Assembly: GCF_963506605.1 (NCBI RefSeq)
Contig: NC_083277.1
Span: forward strand, 83,762,001-83,826,000
Direction of reading: 5' to 3'
Length of the DNA: 64,000 nucleotides
Origin: Zootoca vivipara
Lineage: Eukaryota
The translations under genes were made by a program, and so were the position numbers. Positions 46,037 through 59,500 of the stretch are shown in pieces. The notes under the pieces were generated by a model, which was given only the letters and a program-made list of their open reading frames with translations, was not told the origin of the DNA and ran no database searches. How positions within the stretch are numbered: the stretch's first letter is position 1; each line of letters opens with the position of its first letter.

Positions 46037-46460
46037 CTACTGTGTGAAATTATCACTCTTTTGCAGCGATGTTCACCTTCCGCCTGTACGGCAATCTTTA
46101 CGGCCGTTGCAAAAGGGGCGGGGAGAAGCGAATGCGTCTAACGGAAGTGGCGAAGACTCGGAAGCGTCACTATGGCAACGAAACGGTGGCCTAGGTGTTT
46201 TTGCGCCTATCGTTCCGTGAGAATGAGCTTAAACGGAGTGTTTCCTCGGAGCTCGAGTTGAACCTAAGGGAATATTATAAGGCTGGTAATAATAACTTGC
46301 GTGTCTTTACCAAACTGCGGAAGAAAACAGGGCTTGGTAGAAGTTCAGCGTAAACGGCAGAGGGAGGAAAAGAGGGTGGGGCTTGGAAGGTTGAGCAGTC
46401 ACCGTGGCAATCTGTCTTGTGCTCTATGGTTATCTTATACGCATGCGCTCCTCATTTCCC
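46037..46460 (-). promoter_or_regulatory. TRAPPC5: TRAPPC5 non-coding first exon and CpG-rich promoter
   Basis: Minus-strand donor ag|gtaaga at 46037/46036, local CpG enrichment, GC box GGGGCGGGG near 46115, ETS CGGAAGT near 46142, RFX-like GTCACTATGGCAAC near 46166 and GTCACCGTGGCAAT near 46398, NRF1-like CGCATGCGC near 46440. Confidence 0.7.
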
Positions 46461-47689
46461 CGTTTAAAGGGAAGCCTCCTGGTGAGGGTTATGGTTAAGG
46501 CAGCTTTTCTCGCTTTTTAGAAATAACGTAGAGAGGCAATGTGTGTGCTTTGTGCCCCTCTAGTGGCCAGATGGCATTGCAGTGATTTCAGCGTGGGGTG
46601 GGGGAATAACAAAAATAGAGAGAGTAGAGAGTCTTGTGGCATTTTAAAGAGGAAGAAACGTATTCCGGCATAAGCATTCGTTCTTACTATGCTGCAGCAC
46701 ATTGGTTACTCAAAACTCTTAGATTTTGCTGCATCAAACACAAAGCTGACCCCTCTGGAAATTGCAGTTGCAGTGGTTATTAAGTGATTGAAACGCACAG
46801 TTACTTTGCATTCAGTACGGTAACTGGATGGAGCACCCATACTTCCTGTTAGTGTTGGCCATGTCTGGAACTTCCGAAGTCTGAGGTAGGCGTTCAGTTT
46901 GTTGGCACCTGAGCCAATCCCCCACCCTCCAATTGTAGGCAGCTTTTCTGTACACCTAACTCCCAAAAGCTGTTTTTGGTTGGAAGTGCACCCTAGCTGT
47001 AACATTCCAAGATGTATTTCTAATTCAGATTCATCAGTGGACTGAAGTATATCGGAAAACACTTCATGTACCTGGAGAAGGATAGAGCATTGTCTCATTT
47101 GTGAAGGTAGTCCTACTTCTGCTCCTCAAGAAAGAGAAAAATTTCACTAATTATTAGCAGAATATTAGACTGGGGCATCAAGAAGACTGGATCAAATTAA
47201 GCTTTTTCTTTATTTTTAAAAATTCTGTGCTTTATGATCCTCATCTTTCTCTGGTGTATTTATACACTATTCAAGGTGTTAGCACTAACATATAAAGCTC
47301 TAAGTGGCCTGGGTCCTACATACTTTTTGAGGCGTTGTCATATGATTATTCCTGCCCAGTAGTTAAGGGTCATCAGATGGTCCTGCTGTGAAGCCAAGTT
47401 ACCCACTCCTCACAAGAGGGTTATGGTGTAGGGCTTTCATAGCAGCATATTCTGTGTGGCAGCTGAAGTGCTGAATTGGTGCCTGAAATCAGTAATAGCC
47501 TGCTTTGGATGAGGACCAATAATCTGAAGCGCAATCCTGACAAGATGGAGGTTTTGAGGGTCCGTGTTTAATTTTCTCAGGGAGAAGGTGCTTAGCCTGT
47601 TCTGGATGGGACAGTACTCTCCCTACAGGACCAGTTTTGCCATTTTTGGATGCTCTTACATTCAACTTTAATCAAGCCTCCCAAACCCC

Positions 47690-48073
47690 TGGATCCAGCA
47701 AGGGTTAAAGTCAGACAAGCCATTAAGAAAACAAAGGGAAGATGATGAGCCATTAAGAAAGCAATGGAGAGGGGGCTCTGTGCCAGACGGGGATGTTGCA
47801 GGTTGCAAAAGGCAGCAAGCTAGAGGATCAGAGCACAATGGTTGATTTCTGTTTGAATGAAGGCTGTGGCTATGGGAGAAACAAAACCTTGGGGTATTGA
47901 TGCTGTGACCTCTTCTATCATAGGCTCAGGTTGTATATGTATGTGTAAAAAAAAAAACCCTATATGATGAAGACACCCCAGTCTCAGTTGTGCCTCATTT
48001 CCAAAACAAAACATGGACCTTGTGCCTGGAACTCTTGGAATCTCACACTGCTTGGAGATTTGGGTGGTGAGCA
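47690..48073 (+). mobile_element. Diverged second copy of the LTR-like repeat
   Basis: Shares gccattaag, gctctgtgcc, gttgatttctg, gctatgggagaa, cataggctcaggttg and gcctcatttcca blocks with 26396-27196. Confidence 0.5.
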
Positions 48074-48913
48074 ATGGTATATTAAATAAATAAATGTTTA
48101 TTTCTCTCACTCTATTACTACTATTACTTTGATTTTAATAACTTGTATTCCAGTCCATCAAAGATCGACCCAAGATGGCTCATAAAATTGAAAAACAACT
48201 AAAACATCAAAACCACAGAATATAACATTTGGTGTCTTTGAGTTTGCATCCTGGTGTCTCTTGTTCCAACAGGGCCAGAACTTCATAATAAAGTTTGTCA
48301 CAGAGTTCCATGTTACTTAGAGAGGAAGCAGAATTGTCTGTACAAGGTCAGGGAGGCTATTTTGTCTGAATTTCTTGGAAACTTGTAAGTGGTATATAAA
48401 TTGATGGTTGGTGATTATTAATGTCCCATAGCCTTTTTCTTCCTTTCCTCTGCTTTGCCCCTTAGTGACTCAGCTTGCTTCAAAACTGATCTGCTTTGTG
48501 CTATGACTAGCCCAAGATGGCTCCCCATTATTATATTTGATTTATTAATAATCACATTCTAAACCACTGTCTCAAGGCGATTTACATATAAGGCAATGAA
48601 AAACAAGTTAAAAGCAGTTAAGGCTGCTCACCGTCCCCTCCCAGCAATACACACTAAGCAGGGTAAAGGAACTGAGGGGGCTGGTAGAAGAGTCATGATG
48701 TGTAGACCTTTTATGGCTTGTGGTCTCTGAGCTAAAGGAAGCTTCTGAGAATTTTGCAAGACATAAACATTTAGGTCCACTTGTTGTACAAGTCAGTGAC
48801 GCCTGCCTTTGTGGAAGTAGCCACATCTCACTTTTGAGGGAACTGCAAACAGTGCCAAGTGCCCAAACAGTTCTGGAGCACTGGAGCTGTACTACACCAC
48901 GAGAAAAGAACAA

Positions 48914-51900
48914 ATGGCACGTCGGAGGCCAGGTAGGAACTGGACAGCAAAAAAAGAACCTTGAAGTGTTTGTGTGTGCGCACGTAGGCCTGTCTTCTCT
49001 ACCTTTACCAGAGTTTTGATGGATTGGTCTATTTACTCTAGTGAGGGAAGTGACATTTGAAAAGGGAGACCAATACCAAATTAGAGGGGTAATTATTAGG
49101 CCTACTATGTGGGCAGAACGGAGGCTATGTCAGGCTCAGCAAAAACACAGTGGGAATGGGATGGAGCCGTGAGGATAATGGTCTCGCCAGCATTCCTGGT
49201 TGACCTGCTCCCAACATTATGTGTTTCTGGTAGAGAAGCAGTGACTCATCCTGGCTTATTGACCTAATATTTGCCCCCAGTGTTTCTTGACTTCTAGCCC
49301 ACTGTCTTTACTAAACAAAGAGCCCGGGTGACATAGCGGTTAAAGTGTTGAACTAGGACCTGGAAGACTGGGGTTCAAATCCCAAATCAGCCAAAAAGTT
49401 TACTGAGTGACCTTGGGCCGGTCATCATTTCTTAGCCTGACCTTCTACATAGGATGTTTGTGAGTATAAAATGGGGGTGGGGAGAAGTGTGTCTGCCTCC
49501 TTAAGCTCCTTGGAGGGAAGGTAGTATATAAATGTGATGATGATACAAAGGACCACATTGCTTTTGAACAGACCACTGCAACCTGGCATGGATTCTCTTC
49601 CATGACCCACCCACCCACCCCTGGCTGCCTCTTTGAGATTACGATTTGGGCATTCTCTCTTGAGTTTCATTCTGGTCTCTTTATCTCTGGCTCTGGATGG
49701 AAAGGGAGGTTTTGGGTTAAACCACTTCTGGATAATGTCTGTCTCTCCCTGCCCTCCCCCCAAACCTACCAAGTGTGACTGTGAAATAACGCAGGATATC
49801 TAGAAACTGCCCTGAACATTGCATGAAGAGTGGGATATGAACGTTATACATAAAACATAAAGTTTACCTCCACATAATGTGAAATGGGTATCTGCCGTTA
49901 GTTTATTTAGATGTTTCTATCTGTCTTTCACTGTATGGTCTCGGGGTTGTGCTATAGTGTACTGTATTAAAACTCACCAGTACATATTTCTAAAACATAT
50001 TTAGTCTAAAGCAATAACCAGTATCAAAGGTTACCTATATCTCTACCTGGATTTTATTCATACATGTACTATGGGTTGTATCCAGCTCATTCCACACGAG
50101 GACTTCAGTTTCACTCTCTTCCCCTTGCTTGGCCCCCAGTTCCCACACTTGGCCTTGGGGAAAAAAATTTTGGAGCAGTGCAGGAGACACATGAGAAGAG
50201 GAGAAGGAGGAGAAGTGCCATTGCACTTATGGAAGTTGTTCTGCATGCACAGTGATTTAGCTGGCTGCAACTGTGGCATTCTTTGACAAGGCATGCCAGA
50301 CAGGAAGGAAGTGGTAGCACTGCTGTGAGAGCAGCTTAAAAATGGAATTTATATATATTTAAGGTAAATGTGTGCTAGTATCAAACCTGTCCATTTTACC
50401 CAGCCTTCCAAAACAAAAAACCACTGTAACACATAAGGCAGTGGCTCAACTAGATTACATGATTAGTTTGTTACCCTAGAATCAATAGGATGTATGAAGC
50501 ACCATCTCCCCAGTTTGTTCCTTGCTTTCCCTTGCAACATATGCTTAATGAGGTCATGGTGATACAGGCAGGAAAGTCATGTGAAGTATACTGGGTCTGG
50601 CTGGGACTCAACTTCTCAAAGGTTCTACTCATAGAAGGCAAGAGGTAGAAAGCAGTTCCTATACAGAGGCAACAGAATGACCAAATAATAAAAATATATT
50701 TTGGCCCAGCTTAAAACCAGAGGCATACATTTCCTGTTCACCTTTTCTTTCTCTTTTCTATAAGCTATGTTTACTTCCCAGATGTATTTTCAGGGAGCTT
50801 AGGAATTTTAGAGGCCGACTGTAGTTTTTAACTGATGTGTTTCTTTCCTGCTCATATGCTAGTATTACAACATGTATTTTATTTGTTTTACTATCAGTTT
50901 ATGGGTCACTATCCCCCACCCTGAGATCGTGTGAAGAAGGGTTTCCTATTGTGGATTCTAACCTCACATACATAGGATCACAGGTTTGGAAGGGATCCAT
51001 GAGTATCGTTCAGACTGACCCCCCTCAAACCTATAACAATATAAAATAATGTCTTCTTTGCTTTGATAGTTATAACTACAAGAAGCCTGTGTTTAGTGTT
51101 TTGGCTGAACAACTCAAAGGCACACTAGCTAATTGTCAGTCTGTAGGAAGAACCTTGCTCTACCGTGTATCTCTCTCCTCCAATGCATCCTTTTCTGTCA
51201 CACATCATTCCCCTTGTCCATCCCTTTCCATAGTATCTTCTTTCTCACTCCTGCACACATGCTGTGAGTGGGTGGGTGGGGCAGCGGGTGGCTTACAGCT
51301 TGCAATGGATGAATTTGTCAATTTCTGTTTCTCAGTTTCTAATTTATTGAATCTTAAATTCACTTCTCCGCTGTTCTGCATCAGTTTAAGGTTTGTTTGT
51401 TTTTCTAACAAAAAATTAAGATCATGAACATTCATTTGCATCATAACTCATTTTGGAGAAAGATCGTAAAGTTGATGCTTCTTAAAAGTGGGAGAAGTTA
51501 CAGTTGCATCCATTTGCATTCTAGTGTGAATTTCTCCTAATGTACACATTCTTGCATGCAATTTTGCCAAATATACACATGCAAACAGTGCTCCCTGAGA
51601 ACATAACACAGGAAGAGCTCTTGCAAGGATCGTGCCAAAGGCCCATCTAGTCAAGCATAATCTTCCCCACTGTGGCCAACCAAATAATAATAATAATATT
51701 ACAGTAATAATATAGTTATATGCCTCCCATCCAGAGGCATAGTTATGGGGGGGGGGGGTAGCCAGATTTTTTGTCCCAGGTGAAGCCTCCAGAGGGGCGC
51801 CATTAAGAATCCTAGCCTGTGTGTGCGCACGCATATGTGTGTGTGGTGCGTGTGCCAAACTGGGTCTTCGACCCGGGTGAAATAAAGCCTGGGTTCGCCC

Positions 51901-53493
51901 CTGCGCCCATCTGCCTGGGTTGCCCCAGCCACTCTAGGCAAATCACAACAAAAAACAGTAAAAGCACAATACAACATCACACACTAAAACCTTTGGCTCC
52001 CAGCAGTGGTGAAGCTTCAAGCTCCAGTGGGGGGAGCAGAGAGCAGGCAGGGGCATGACTGGTGCGCGTCCCGGGGGCATGGCACGCGTCCTGTGGGCGT
52101 GGCGTGCTGCCTGTGGGGGCATGGCGCCCAGCGCAGGTTGAGGGGGCAGCTGCGATGGCACCCCACCGGGATCGTGCCGCGGGGGGGCGGTGCGCTCCAC
52201 CCTGCACCCCTGTTCTTCCGCCAGTAGCCCCCAGACACAGTAAGGTTCCCCAACCCCAGTATAGAGGGTGCCCTCCTGAACATTTGTGAAGCCCAGAAGC
52301 AGGACATGAATGGAGAAGCACCTTCCCACTTGTGCTCCTTAGCAGCTGGTATTCCAAGGCATGCTGCCTGTGGTACTGAGTTAATATACAGCCATCATAA
52401 CTAGTAACCATTAATAGCCTTATCTATCATTAATTTCTCTAATCCTCCTTTAAAGCAAACCAAGCTCTTCATATATCTTATGGTATTGAATTCAAGGGCA
52501 AGTAGAAGTCCTTGCATTGGGCTTCCACGGATGGGACTCTCTGTTGAATCCTGTTCCATGGTTTTAACTACAGTATATGCTGTGTGAAGAAGTACTTCCT
52601 TTTATATCTTCCAATCTTTAGCTTCATTGGATAGCCCCAGGCTCTAGTATTAAAAAATACTAAGATGCTCTCTTCACTTTCTTCACACCATGAAGCACAT
52701 GTCTTTATACACGTCTATCACGTCCCACATCTTCTAAACTGAAAAGCCCCAAATGATGTAACTTTTCTTCATAGGGAAGCTGTTCCACCCCCTCCATTGG
52801 TTGGGCTTTTCTGAAACCTTAAAGGATGGTTTTCACTGTTTCTTTCTCTAGATTCCATAGAAAGTTTGTCCCCATCTGAAAGGGATTATGAGAATGTTAT
52901 ACCTCCCCATTTGCTGAGATGGCAACAACCAACCCCACAGCAAACACAGAAAGCGGATACAGGTGAGTGATTCTTAACAGCACAATAATGTCTAGGGCAG
53001 GCATGTCAAACCTGCGGCCCTCCAGATGTTTTGGCCTACAACTCCCATGATCCCTAGCTAGCAGGACCAGTGGTTGGGGAAGATGGGAATTGTAGTCCAA
53101 AACATCTGGAGGGCCGCAGGTTTGACATGCCTGGCGTAGGGCTTCAATCTGGTTTGGGGATCGGGAAGAAGCCATTGCATGCTCTGCGGAAATGCCTGTG
53201 AGGTCTCGCCCTATCACCCCATCCAAAGGGCCCACTAGAACCTGTTTAAGTAATTGCTTGCCTAGATCACTTCCACATAAATAAACAAACTATCCTACTG
53301 GAGGAGTAGGTTGAAGCAGATCATGAGGTGAGTGACCACACCATGTTGACATCTTTCCAAGGCCTTCATTATTTTTAACCAATAGGATGTTTTGTTAAAT
53401 GACTCACTGATGCTGATAGGTCAGCTTTGTGGAGAAAGGTAGAGTGGATGTGTCCTTGAACGATACACCTCCCTTAAATTAAGGTTGTATACA

Positions 53494-53538
<45 letters not shown>

Positions 53539-56500
53539 GTCGTTTAGTCGTTTAGTCGTGTCCGACTCTTCGTGACCCCATGGACCAGAGCATGCCAGGC
53601 ACTCCTGTCTTCCACTGCCTCCCGCAGTTTGGTCAAACTCACCTTTATAGCACATTCAAAACATATCATTTCCATATAAGCAGTGCTTTTTTTCCTAGAC
53701 AGAATGGTGCCGGAATGCACCTCCCTCAGATGTCCCACCCCAGAAGCCCTCTGTGGCGTTCACACAGAGCCCCTGGTTGTTCCACGGACTATTGACCCTG
53801 TGCCACCACGTCTATTCTCTTCCACTGCCACCAACCAGGTTTCCCCAGTAATATATTCAGAATCAGTCAGGTTGTAACGTATTAACAAAGATTCCAGTTT
53901 ACTGTGAACGCAAACAAGTTTTAAATACTTTGAAACACTGTAATCTGATTCACTCTCTCTGTGTCTAACCCACTCTGACTCCTGTGCCTCCCACCCACAA
54001 GAAACCAACTGAACTAACTGTCTCTCTATTTCCAACTGTCTTCCCCACTGTCTAAACCTCTGGCTAAGCCTTTTAAAAGCAGGTAGGCTCTGCCTCTGGG
54101 CTTCCCTATTGGTCTACCTATTAACCCTTTCTCTCCCCCTGTACAGACATTTCCAAAAGAATGGGCAAATGCCACACCCTCCTTCTCCTGCTTTGATCAA
54201 ACACCATCTATTACAGATCACATATCAGGATGCCTGGTGCTTATCTGCCTGCTGTACACACTAGGCCCATCTGTCCTTTCAGAAGGATTGAGCCTAGAAG
54301 ACATGGAAGTTGGTGGTCTGAGGCACCACTTAACAGGCTCATGGAGAGCTTGTCTGAGGCACAGGGCAGAAGTCTTGATAGAATAAAGCTATGAAGAAAA
54401 GAGCAGCCAGTGCCTGCCCACCCCAACCCCAGCCGGCTTAGCCCTCTGAGGCCCAGGGCAAGTATACCCACCTGTGTCCCCCTCCCTCTGCACGGGCCTG
54501 TCAATATACATTAGGGGGGGGTTCACCCCAAGTATCATCCTCCACCACCCTACCTCATCTTTGAACCACAGATCCCACCATCTTCCATCCACAGCAGGTG
54601 TAGTGGGTGGAGGAAGTGGGCTGCACTTAAGCATGTCATCTCATATACACATGCATTTTACATACATACAGGTCACATCTGGCCCCTTACTCCGTGATAC
54701 CAGCTATTTTGTGTGTGTGTGTATGCTATAATAATCACTCTTATTGGTTATCTGCAGGTGTGCCCACGCCCACCAGATTTACTGATCATACGGACTGCTG
54801 TTGTCGGAGAGCTTCTGTTGTCCCCCTCTACATCTTGGTGTTTGTTTCCCTGTTAATAGCGTCAGCTGCCTTTGTGCTGGCCTTTCTGAAATGTAAGTTC
54901 AACAGAGGACCTGGAAGGGCACATCATCCTATGCCGCTAGTCATTTTAGTCCAAACATTCTCAAACTTTATACTGTGAGAGGACCTGTTAATGTGCCACA
55001 AGAAACAGACTAAAAAAATAAGATTCCTGCTAGCCTAAAGTACCCACTCCCAGAGGAGGGATGCCACTGTGCTTCCACATTATGTACAGTTCTTGCCTTC
55101 TTCCATTCAACCCCACCAGAATGGGGAGAGTCATGTTACCACATCTTTCTGCATTGGCTCTGGTCTGATCAGTCACTGCTAATGCAGCAGGCCCAGAGCC
55201 ACTCAGATGGAAATGCAGCAGTTGGGCTTCTCGAGTGGGTAAAGGAAGTTTTCACTCTTAGCATGCTCATGTAATGAACCCTTTTTGGATGTAAGAATGA
55301 AATGTACCTTCAGCTTCTCTCCAGAAAAAAGTGCACTTATCAGAAGTTCAGGAAGTATTGTACTAATTGATGTTAGTGCAAGAGGTGTGTTGTGAGGAGG
55401 AGTTGAGAAAACGTGGCACCCTCTTGGTTTGGCGCCCAGTGTGGACAAACCGGCTAGTACCCCTAAATCCGCCTCTGTCTGTGGCCCTCCTGATGCTGTT
55501 GGCCTCCAACCTTTGTCAGCCCCAGCCAGCATGGCAAGTGGTCAGGGTGATGGGAGTTGTACTCTACTAGCATCTAGAGGGCCACAGGTTCACCATCTCT
55601 GATACACAAAATCAAAGCCTTTTGCTGTGGACAGCTGATGTGGTCACTTCCTGATGTGATTTTCATGGAACTATTGTGTATGTGTGAAGTTGTCAAGGAC
55701 CAGTTGATTAAATATTCAAATACAGATTTGGCTCTTTGAGAGCATAGCTGGCTGCCTTGGGTTTCTGAGGATAGTTCAGTTATGTTGCTGTAGCACCGGC
55801 ATGTACACTGGAAGAACAGTAGCCAAGTTGTTAGAGGGAAGATGGTGTTAGGAGCTCTACAGCCCAAAGGAATAGAGGAAGGACAGGGCTGAATTATAGG
55901 TTAAACCAGGCACCCCCAAACTGCGGCCCTCCAGATGTTTTGGCCTACAACTCCCATGATCCCTAGCTAACAGGAGCAGTGGTCAGGGATGATGGGGATT
56001 GTAGTCCAAAACATCTGGAGGGCCGAAGTTTGGGGGTGCCTGGGTTAAACCCACAGCCTGTTGTGACGATCCATGGGCAATGGATCAAAACCTCATGTAC
56101 TCTCTGCTGGGCTGGGTAGAATACATTTGTAATATATAAATGTGCAAATATCCACAGCATTAAGCACTGGGGAGCCCAGTTTTGGATGGTTGAGTATGAC
56201 TAGCAAGCTAGGCTGGAGTTTTCATGATGAGTGCATATAATCTTTTCAGTACTATGGTTTCTTATCCCAGGGCTCTGTGTGTTTCAGTTATTCCTCAGTG
56301 TCCAGGTGGCTTTCAGAAGTACCAGACAAAGTGCTTTTACATCTCCATTCATAAACATACCTGGGCAGAAGCACGGAGGGACTGCAGTAGGCGAAGTGCG
56401 CCCCTGGCAACAGCTGAAGCGGTGAGCATTGGTGACTTTCCTGGAACTAATGGTTGGGTACCTTGCATAGAGAACCAAACCTATATTCCAACCCTATTCC

Positions 56501-59500
56501 CACAATATTAATTAATTATTAATAATTAGATTAATAATTATTAATTGATTAGATTTCTGTGATGCAGGACACGCACACACAAACTGTTCTTCTCATTCTT
56601 GGTCCTCATGGTTTTCTGTGATGATCCATCTGCTACTCAGTTTCTTTACTTAACTCTATCCCTAGGTACAGTAGTGGCATACAATTGCAGCCTCTTATGT
56701 ACCATGTGCGACCTTTCCCCTTCCCAGAATTTTACTCAGATTCCTGCTTCACAATTTTCTCCTGCCATTTGTTTCCTGAGCACTGCCAAATGTGCTGAAG
56801 GCACCTCATTGGCCACTGTGGGATGCTGAACCCAACAAAGAAGAAATATGTCCCAGCCCACCCACCCACAAAAATGGGATCTAAATATCAAAATTATACA
56901 AAATAGAATAGTATGAACTAGTTATATAAAGCAACTTTATATCACAGATGAGAACAAATTCAAGCTGAGTGCTAATCTACACTTCTGCTTGGACTATGAC
57001 TTCCCTTGAACTGGACAATATGATGCAGCCTAGAATAGCATTAGCTGTTTTTTGTTGTTTTCTGCTGCTGCTGCTTGCTCATGTTAAGCTGTTGTCTACT
57101 AAGATACTTTTCGTATGTACTACAGTGGTACCTCGGGTTACAAACACTTCGGGTTACAAACTCCGCTAACCCGGAAGTAGTAAATCGGTTTGAGAACTTT
57201 GGCCCAGGATGAGAACAGAAACTGCACACCGGTGGTGCGGTGGCAGCGGGAGGCCCCATTAGTGAAAGTGCTCCTCACGTTAAGAACGGTTTCGGGTTAA
57301 GAATGGACCTCTGGAATGAATTAAGTTCGTAACCCAAGGTACCACTGTACTGGCAAGGCAGGTGTCCCCCATCTTATATTTGTGCGCTGATTCTTCCTGA
57401 CTAAGTGTAGAACTTTACATTTGAGCCTATTGAATTTCATTCTGTTAGTTTGGGCCCATCTTGAATCCTGATTCTGCCTTCTGTGGCATTGGCCCCCCCC
57501 CTCCCAGTTTGGTGTCATCTGCAAATTGGATGAGCATCCCCTTAATTCCTTCATCTAAGTTGTTTATAAAGACGTTGAACAACCATGGGCACAGCACAGA
57601 ACCCTATGGCAACCCACTTGTCCCTTTTTTCCGGGACGACGAGGAACCATTAGTGAGCACTCAGTCAGTCAATCTCTTTTAGTTCGTTAAATTAGTGGTG
57701 CAGTTGCTATAGTCCAGAGCTGTCTCAGAGGTCCTAATTTGGAGGGTAACTTGTGGTTCCTTTTTAAGTGTTGCTTACACCCTTCTGAATTGAGGGGGAG
57801 GGCAAAGAAAACCCTTTCCTGCTTTCCGAAGACGGCTCAGAAACTTCAGCTAGTGCAGAATTCAGCAGCCAGGTTGCTCACCGGAGCAAGATGGTTTGAG
57901 CATATTACACGGATCCTGGTCTGACTGCACTGGCTACCAATTAGTTTCCGGGCCCAATTCAAAGTGCTGGTTTTGACCTATAAAGACTTAAATGACTCAG
58001 GACCACAATACCTCAAGGACCGTCTCTTTCCATATGAAACTACCCGGACCCTGAGATCATCTTCTGAGGCCCTTCTTCATGTGCCTCCTCCTTGAGAGGT
58101 CAGGAGGGTGGCAACACGAGAACGGGCCTCCTCTACAGTGGCTCCCCATCTATGGAATGCTCTCCCCAAGGAAGTTCGCCCGGCACCTTCATTATACACC
58201 TTTAGGCGCCAGGCAAAAATGTTTCTTTTTAACCATGCCTTTGGTTGATCTGATTGACATCCTATGCCCTTTTAAAATGTGGCTCTTTTATGGGGGGGAC
58301 GTGTTATTGGGTTGTTGTTTTTATTTTGGTTATATATACACAGTATATTGTGGTTTTTATGTTTATCTTTTCTGTGAACCACCCTGGAAGGCTGGAACCT
58401 CCGGGTATAGGGCGATATATAATAGTAGTAGTAGTAGTAATAATAATAATAATCTCTCCTTAGATCAAGGAGGTCAATCTAAACCTTGAAAATAATTCTG
58501 AATACTGGGTTGACAACCCTGAAGGAGAACAGAATAAAGTGACTGACAGGTAAGTAAGCTTCATTTACTACTGTTGGCCTCCTATCAGCTCACAAGAATT
58601 TTATGACCACATGAAACTGCAAATGTGTGCTGCACTTTTCAAAAGAGAACATTATGAAATCAGCTGATAAGGGTCACATCATGGGCTGTAGGTATCCATT
58701 AAGCTCCAGTAGAGAGAGAACAAAGACCAGTGTGGGCTAGGTAGAGCAATTATATGAATGCCAGTGTATATAACCTATAGTTTGTCTGATGAATTCCCCA
58801 CAAGTTTATTTTCCCCAGAGATCCTGCATCATGTATAACACAAGATTCCATCTCAGGGCCCATCCTGCTTCTTGTCCTGTGCCTAGAAAACATGGCTCTG
58901 GGTGATTTCCCACTTGTCCCATGCTTTCTAGGCATAAATTTAGTGGTTTTGCCTTTGCCCCGCCACTTTCCCCCAGAAAACCTGCTCTTTAGCTCTAATT
59001 TGGTGCAAGCAGAAGTATGGATGAGCCTTCAGTGTATCTCAGTTTTCTTGAGAAACCCTACTAGTGTGGGTTAAGGCCTAGATATGGCAAGTTGTAATTT
59101 TGACTAACCGAAGCACTCAGAAAGCTGGTCCGTCATATCAGAATTCTCCAGAGGAGTTTATATATGGAGAAGTTACCACATTAAAAATACTGAGAACCAA
59201 GCCTTTAGGTGGGCACCACATGTTATTCGAGAGATGACAAACCTACCCGTGCTTCCCTAAGTAAATTGTCATTGCAGGTAATTGTTTCCACCTCCTGATG
59301 TTTCTGTAGGAACTTACAGCGCAGACCTGTAAAGGTTAAGGGGTTCAGTGTCAATCGAAACCCCTGAACCGGTAGGCTGTCACCACTCCTGTTAACAGTC
59401 CACCCCCAACTCAGACCCGGGAGATGCCACACTCCTGCAAGATTCCAGGAAATAAGAATTAAAACGCTACTCTCTGCTGTGTGTAGCCTCCAGCAGAACA

